Shown piece by piece: positions 59,076 through 64,000 of a stretch of DNA of 64,000 nt. Source of the DNA: Chloroflexota bacterium (GTDB lineage: Bacteria; Chloroflexota; Dehalococcoidia; E44-bin15); contig JAXHUE010000001.1 of NCBI GenBank assembly GCA_034189655.1, forward strand, positions 58,022-122,021, given 5' to 3'. Within the stretch, counting starts at the first letter, position 1, and the number at the start of each line of letters is the position of its first letter. The translations under genes were made by a program, and so were the position numbers. The notes below the pieces were generated by a model. The model was not told where the DNA came from. It was given only the letters and a program-made list of their open reading frames with translations, and ran no database searches.

Positions 59076-61030
59076 GGCACCCTAAAGCAAACATGGAGAG
59101 AGAAATGGATTTCGACGAGATCAAGGACCAGGCACTGTCCAGGTGGGAGGCCATGCAGCACAGCGAGCGGCCGCGCATCATGCTGGGGATGGGGACCTGT
59201 GGCATCGCCGCGGGCGCCGACGACATCGTCCCAGCCCTCAAGGAGGGCCTGGAGAGGACGGGCACCGCCGCCGATATCATCGAGGTGGGCTGCATCGGCC
59301 TGTGCTACGCCGAGCCCCTCATCGAGGTGGCGAAGCCGGGCCGTCCCAGCATATTCTACGGCTACCTCACCCCCGCCCTAGCCTCCGAGATCGTGAGTGA
59401 CTACCTGGCGGGCGACGACCCGCGGCCCGACCTGGCACTGGGCACCCGCGGCGAGGGGACCATCGAGGGCATACCCAGGCTCTTCGACCTGCCGGTGCTG
59501 AAACCACAGGTCCGCATCTCCCTGCGCAACTGCGGGAACATCGACCCTGAGAATATCGACCACTACATCGCCAACGGCGGCTACCAGGGCCTGGCCAAGG
59601 CGCTGGCCATGACCCCGCAGGAGGTCATCGACGAGGTGAAGAAGTCGGGGCTGCGCGGTCGCGGCGGCGCCGGCTTCCCCGCCGGGAACAAGTGGCAGTT
59701 CTGCCACGACGCCCCGGGCGATATCAAGTACATCATCTGCAACGCCGACGAGGGCGACCCGGGGGCATTCATGGACCGCGCCCTCCTGGAGGGAGACCCC
59801 CACGCCGTGCTGGAGGGGATGCTCATCGGGGCCTATGCCATCGGGGCCACCGACGGCTATATCTACATCCGCGCCGAGTACCCCTTGGCCATCCAGAGGC
59901 TCAAGGTAGCCATCGCGCAGATGGAGGAGTACGGGCTCCTCGGCGACGATATCATGGGCTCTGGGTTCAGCTTCCACATAAAGCTGAAGGAGGGGGCCGG
60001 GGCCTTCGTCTGCGGCGAGGAGACGGCGCTCATGGCCTCCATCGAGGGCAGCCGGGGCATGCCCCGCTCACGGCCCCCCTTCCCCGCCCAGTCCGGACTG
60101 TGGGGGCGGCCCACCAACATCAACAACGTGGAGACCTGGGGCAACGTCTCCGCCATCCTGGAGCGGGGCGCCGACTGGTACGCCAGCTACGGCACGGAGA
60201 AGAGCAAGGGCACCAAGAACTTCTCCCTCGCCGGCAAGGTGAACCGCACCGGCTTAATCGAGGTGCCCATGGGCATCACGCTCAGGCAGATCGTGTACGA
60301 GATCGGCGGGGGCGTCCCCGACGATAAGAGGCTCAAGGCGGTGCAGACCGGGGGCCCGTCGGGAGGCTTCATCCCGGCAGACCTCATAGACCTCCCCGTC
60401 GACTACGAGTCCCTGGGGCAGGCGGGCTCCATCATGGGCTCCGGGGGCATGGTGGTGATCGACGAGGACACCTGCATGGTGGACATGTGCCGCTTCTTCC
60501 TCTCCTTCACCCAGGCCGAGTCCTGCGGCAAGTGCATCCCCTGTCGCTGGGGCACCAAGCAGATGCTGGACATACTGGAGGACATCACCAACGGCAGGGG
60601 CAGGCCCGGCGACATCGAGCTGCTCGCTGAGCTCGCCGAATCGGTGAAGGACAGCTCCCTGTGCGGCCTGGGGCAGACGGCGCCCAACCCCGTGCTCACC
60701 ACCATCCGCTACTTCCGCGACGAGCTGGAGGCCCATATCTACGAGCAGCGCTGCCCGGCGCTGTACTGCACCGAGCTCATCACCTACTACATCGTGCCCG
60801 AGCGGTGCCAGGGCTGCTGCATTTGCCTGAGGAAGTGCCCCGCCGAGGCCATCGTCGGGGGCAAGAGACAGGTGCACGTCATCGACCAGGCGCTGTGCAC
60901 CAAGTGCGGCACCTGCATGGACGTGTGCCCCACGCGCTTCGACGCCGTGGTCAAGCTCTCCGGCGCGGAGGCGGCCGCGCTCACCCAGCCGGTGCCCGCA
61001 GTGGCAACGGGGGCGGGGGTAACCGAGTGA
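59072..61030 (+). CDS. NuoF-like NAD(H)-binding FMN/[4Fe-4S] subunit with N-terminal [2Fe-2S] domain and C-terminal 2x[4Fe-4S] ferredoxin domain (HndC/HydB type)
   Basis: GRGGAGFPAG NADH site, FMN motif, SLCGLGQ 4Fe-4S site, the N-terminal thioredoxin-like CGIAAG...CIGLC, and C-terminal CQGCCICLRKCP / CTKCGTCMDVCP. ATGA overlap with the nuoE-like gene. Confidence 0.9.
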   Translation: MRHPKANMEREMDFDEIKDQALSRWEAMQHSERPRIMLGMGTCGIAAGADDIVPALKEGLERTGTAADIIEVGCIGLCYAEPLIEVAKPGRPSIFYGYLTPALASEIVSDYLAGDDPRPDLALGTRGEGTIEGIPRLFDLPVLKPQVRISLRNCGNIDPENIDHYIANGGYQGLAKALAMTPQEVIDEVKKSGLRGRGGAGFPAGNKWQFCHDAPGDIKYIICNADEGDPGAFMDRALLEGDPHAVLEGMLIGAYAIGATDGYIYIRAEYPLAIQRLKVAIAQMEEYGLLGDDIMGSGFSFHIKLKEGAGAFVCGEETALMASIEGSRGMPRSRPPFPAQSGLWGRPTNINNVETWGNVSAILERGADWYASYGTEKSKGTKNFSLAGKVNRTGLIEVPMGITLRQIVYEIGGGVPDDKRLKAVQTGGPSGGFIPADLIDLPVDYESLGQAGSIMGSGGMVVIDEDTCMVDMCRFFLSFTQAESCGKCIPCRWGTKQMLDILEDITNGRGRPGDIELLAELAESVKDSSLCGLGQTAPNPVLTTIRYFRDELEAHIYEQRCPALYCTELITYYIVPERCQGCCICLRKCPAEAIVGGKRQVHVIDQALCTKCGTCMDVCPTRFDAVVKLSGAEAAALTQPVPAVATGAGVTE

Positions 61031-61094
61031 GCACAGAGCTAAAGAACCGCAGAACGAGCACAACAGATAGTAGCGATATATATGGAGGGTCTCG

Positions 61095-64000
61095 ATGAGC
61101 CCTGTTACTGGGACGATCGATGAGAAGAAGGTGGACACCATCACCCTCACCATAAACGGAGAGAGGGTGGAGGTCACCAAGGGGGCAACCGTCCTCCAGG
61201 CCGCCCTGGGGGCCGGCATCTATATACCCACGCTGTGCTACCAGCCCGACTTGAAGCCCTACGGGGCGTGCCGGCTGTGCATCGTGGAGATCGAGGGGAT
61301 GCGCGGCCTGGTGAGCTCCTGCACCACGCCGGCAACGCAGGGCATGGTGGTGCACACCGAGACACCGCGGGTGAACCGCGCGCGCCGCACCACCATGGGA
61401 CTCATCATCGCCAACCACCACGGCGACTGCTTAACCTGCACCAAGAACCAGGACTGTGAGCTGCTCAAGATCGCACAGTACCTGGGCATGGAGCAGGACA
61501 GCATCGACCGCATGCGCAAGGACACCAGGGTGCTCCCCATCGACCGCAGCCACCCTGCGTTCGAGCGCGACTTGAACAAGTGCATCCTGTGCGGCAACTG
61601 CGTGCGCGCCTGCCACGAGATCGCGGGCGTGGGCGCCATCGGGCTCGCCTTCAGGGGGTACGAGGCCAAGGTGGCCACCGCCGGCGACAGGCCCATGCTC
61701 GAGTCCATCTGCCGCTCCTGCGGCGAGTGCGTCGCCCGCTGCCCCACCGGGGCCCTCGTGCCCAAGATGGAGCGGGTGCCCACCAGGGAGGTCACCACCA
61801 TCTGCCCCTACTGCGGCGTGGGCTGCTCCATCAGCCTGGGCATTAGGGACAACAAGATAGTCTCGGTGAAGGGCGACCCCCAGGGCCCCACCAACAAGGG
61901 CAGCCTGTGCGTCAAGGGGCGCTGGGGCTACGACTTCGTCTCCCACCCAGAGCGCCTGACCACCCCGCTCATCAGGGTGGAGGGCATCTCCAGGGGGGCG
62001 CCTCACAACGGCCGCGTGCACGATATCTTCCGCGAGGCCACGTGGGACGAGGCCCTGGACTATGTGTCCAACAGGCTCATGGAGATACGGCAGATCTACG
62101 GCCCGGACAGCCTGGCCGGCTTGAGCTCGGCCAAGTGCACCAACGAGGACAACTACGTCATGCAGCGCTTCGTCCGCGCCGTGCTGGGCACCAACAACGT
62201 CGACCACTGCGCCCGGCTGTGCCACGCCTCCACCGTGGCCGGGGCCATAGCCTCCTTCGGCCAGGGGGCGATGAGCAACTCCTACGACGACCTGGAGCGG
62301 ACGGGCCTCTTCTTCATCATCGGCTCCAACACCACGGAGTGCCACCCCATCATCGGGGCCATCGTCAAGAGGCGGGTGAAGTTCGATGGCGCCCGCCTCG
62401 TCGTCGCCGACCCCCGCTCTATCGAGCTCGCGGACTACGCCGACGTCCACCTGGCACAGAGGCCGGGCACCGACGTCGCCCTGCTGAACGGGCTCATGCA
62501 CGTCATCATCAGGGAAGGGCTGGAGGACAGGGAGTTCATCGAGCAGCGCACCGAGGGCTACGAGGAGATGCGCCAGCTCGTAGAGAAATATACACCGGAG
62601 GCGGTCTCCGAGATAACGGGCGTCCCCGCGGCCGACATCGAGGCCGCCGCCCGCCTGCTGGGCGAGGCCGGGAGCGCCTGCGTGCTCTACGGCATGGGCA
62701 TCACCCAGCACACCACGGGCACCGACAACGTGAAGAGCATCGCCAACCTGCTCATGCTCACCGGCAACATCGGCCGCGAGGGCACCGGGTTCAGCCCGCT
62801 CCGCGGGCAGAACAACGTGCAGGGGGCGTGCGATGTGGGGGCACTGCCCAACGTCTACCCCGGCTACCAGCGGGTCGACGACCCGGCGGTGAGGGAGAAG
62901 TTCGAGGCGGCATGGGGATGCACCTTGAGCGACCGCCCCGGGCTCACCGTCACCGAGATCGCCGATGCCGTGTACGGCGGGGGCATCAAGGGGCTCTACG
63001 TTCTGGGCGAGAACCCGCTCATGAGTGAGCCCAACCTCGAGCACACCAGGGCGGCATTCGAGCAGCTTGAGTTCCTGGTGGTGCAGGACATCTTCCTCTC
63101 CGAGACCGCCTGGCTCGCCGACGTCGTGCTCCCCGCGGCCGCCTTCGCCGAGAAGGACGGCACCTTCACCAACACCGAGAGGCGGGTGCAGCTCGTCCGG
63201 CAGGCGCTTGTGCCGCCGGGAGAGGCCAAGGCCGACTGGCAGATAATCGCCGACCTCGCGGCACACATGGGCGTGCCCTTCGGCTACCCCGACAGCGCCC
63301 AGGTCATGGAGGAGATCGCCGCTCTCGCCCCCATCTACGGCGGCATACGATACCAGCGCCTGGAGGGAGGGGGCCTGCAGTGGCCCTGCCCCGACACCTC
63401 CCACCCGGGGACGCCGTTCCTGCACAGAGACGGCTTCGCCAGGGGGCGGGGCAAGTTCCACGCCATCGAGTACATCCCACCGGCGGAGTCTATATCGACC
63501 AGCTACCCCCTCATCCTCACCACGGGGAGGATACTGGAGCACTGGCACACCGGCACCATGAGCCGGCGCGCCCGGGTGCTCTCCGAGCTCAAGCCCCACG
63601 GCTCCGTGGAGATGCACCCCACGGACGCATCACACCTGGGGCTCATGGAGAACGACGTGGTGGTGCTGGCCTCGGAGCGAGGGCGGCTGGAGACCATGGT
63701 CCACATCACCGAGAAGTCGCCGCCGGGGGTGGTATTCATGCCCTTCCACTGGCACGAGTCGCCAGTGAACCTGCTCACTAACAACGCCCTCGACCCGGTC
63801 GCCAAGATACCGGAGTTCAAGGTCTCGGCAGTGAGCGCCGTGCTCGCGGTGCTGGACCGGGCGGCACGGGACAACACCTTCCTCGCCCAGCTCGCGGAGA
63901 ACCCCGCCGAGGCACTCAAGGACTACCCGCTCACCGCCGAGGAGAAGGCGGCGCTGGCCAGCGGCGACATCCGCCGCATAGAGTCCTGGCTGGGCAGGCT
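61095..64000 (+). CDS. fdhA: formate dehydrogenase alpha subunit (molybdopterin, Cys-type), NuoG-like N-terminal Fe-S domains, C-terminal extension; 3' end beyond window
   Basis: N-terminal 2Fe-2S and 4Fe-4S motifs, molybdopterin oxidoreductase domains, active-site region RLCHASTVAG with Cys (codon 62220..62222) at the Sec/Cys position. The ORF is open to the window end and carries an extra C-terminal module after the usual KIPEFKV end. Confidence 0.9.
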   Translation, partial: MSPVTGTIDEKKVDTITLTINGERVEVTKGATVLQAALGAGIYIPTLCYQPDLKPYGACRLCIVEIEGMRGLVSSCTTPATQGMVVHTETPRVNRARRTTMGLIIANHHGDCLTCTKNQDCELLKIAQYLGMEQDSIDRMRKDTRVLPIDRSHPAFERDLNKCILCGNCVRACHEIAGVGAIGLAFRGYEAKVATAGDRPMLESICRSCGECVARCPTGALVPKMERVPTREVTTICPYCGVGCSISLGIRDNKIVSVKGDPQGPTNKGSLCVKGRWGYDFVSHPERLTTPLIRVEGISRGAPHNGRVHDIFREATWDEALDYVSNRLMEIRQIYGPDSLAGLSSAKCTNEDNYVMQRFVRAVLGTNNVDHCARLCHASTVAGAIASFGQGAMSNSYDDLERTGLFFIIGSNTTECHPIIGAIVKRRVKFDGARLVVADPRSIELADYADVHLAQRPGTDVALLNGLMHVIIREGLEDREFIEQRTEGYEEMRQLVEKYTPEAVSEITGVPAADIEAAARLLGEAGSACVLYGMGITQHTTGTDNVKSIANLLMLTGNIGREGTGFSPLRGQNNVQGACDVGALPNVYPGYQRVDDPAVREKFEAAWGCTLSDRPGLTVTEIADAVYGGGIKGLYVLGENPLMSEPNLEHTRAAFEQLEFLVVQDIFLSETAWLADVVLPAAAFAEKDGTFTNTERRVQLVRQALVPPGEAKADWQIIADLAAHMGVPFGYPDSAQVMEEIAALAPIYGGIRYQRLEGGGLQWPCPDTSHPGTPFLHRDGFARGRGKFHAIEYIPPAESISTSYPLILTTGRILEHWHTGTMSRRARVLSELKPHGSVEMHPTDASHLGLMENDVVVLASERGRLETMVHITEKSPPGVVFMPFHWHESPVNLLTNNALDPVAKIPEFKVSAVSAVLAVLDRAARDNTFLAQLAENPAEALKDYPLTAEEKAALASGDIRRIESWLGR

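Noticed and set aside
62218-62224. Possible selenocysteine (TGA) codon in FdhA
   Set aside because: The codon at the Sec position is TGC (Cys) and the ORF is uninterrupted.

Overview
This is a high-GC (about 65%) bacterial chromosomal segment with dense coding on both strands. No rRNA, tRNA, CRISPR array, transposase or integrase was recognised.

Much of the window is housekeeping:
- glnA
- serS-lysS-greA
- rsmD-coaD
- cmk-plsC-ispH
- ppdK
- the dgt-dnaG-rpoD macromolecular-synthesis operon
- ffh
- fur-feoAB

The rest is an unusually rich set of CoA-ester metabolism paralogs:
- five family-III (CaiB/BaiF) CoA transferases
- an AtoDA-type CoA transferase pair
- an acetyl-CoA hydrolase/transferase
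- two crotonases
- a double-hotdog MaoC hydratase
- a nitronate monooxygenase/FabK-like enzyme
- an amidohydrolase

Observations that deserve a second look:
1. An NAD-linked formate dehydrogenase operon (small ORF, NuoE-like, NuoF-like, FdhA). Its leading small ORF and the C-terminal extension of FdhA share a strongly conserved ~50-aa module I cannot place. The operon is preceded by a perfect TGTGA-N6-TCACA (Rex/CRP-type) palindrome in an AT-rich promoter.
2. A Ser/Thr protein kinase fused in one polypeptide to a cNMP-binding domain and a Crp-type HTH.
3. Two separate AAA+ ATPase / VWA protein pairs. One is a Mg-chelatase-like ATPase of 466 aa with a 665-aa VWA protein. The other is a CbbQ/NorQ-like plus CbbO/NorD-like pair next to CoA transferases, with no canonical client enzyme in sight.
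4. A corrinoid-dependent methyltransferase operon (MtaA-like URO-D methyltransferase, B12-binding protein, ferredoxin, unknown cysteine-containing protein, crotonase) lying downstream of two CaiB genes on the same strand.
5. A secreted lamin-tail-domain protein with a C-terminal membrane anchor.
6. A greA leader carrying an intrinsic terminator just upstream of the ribosome-binding site, arranged like E. coli GraL.

Several six-frame ORFs are N-terminally over-extended; corrected starts are given. Many long antisense ORFs are GC-driven artefacts.
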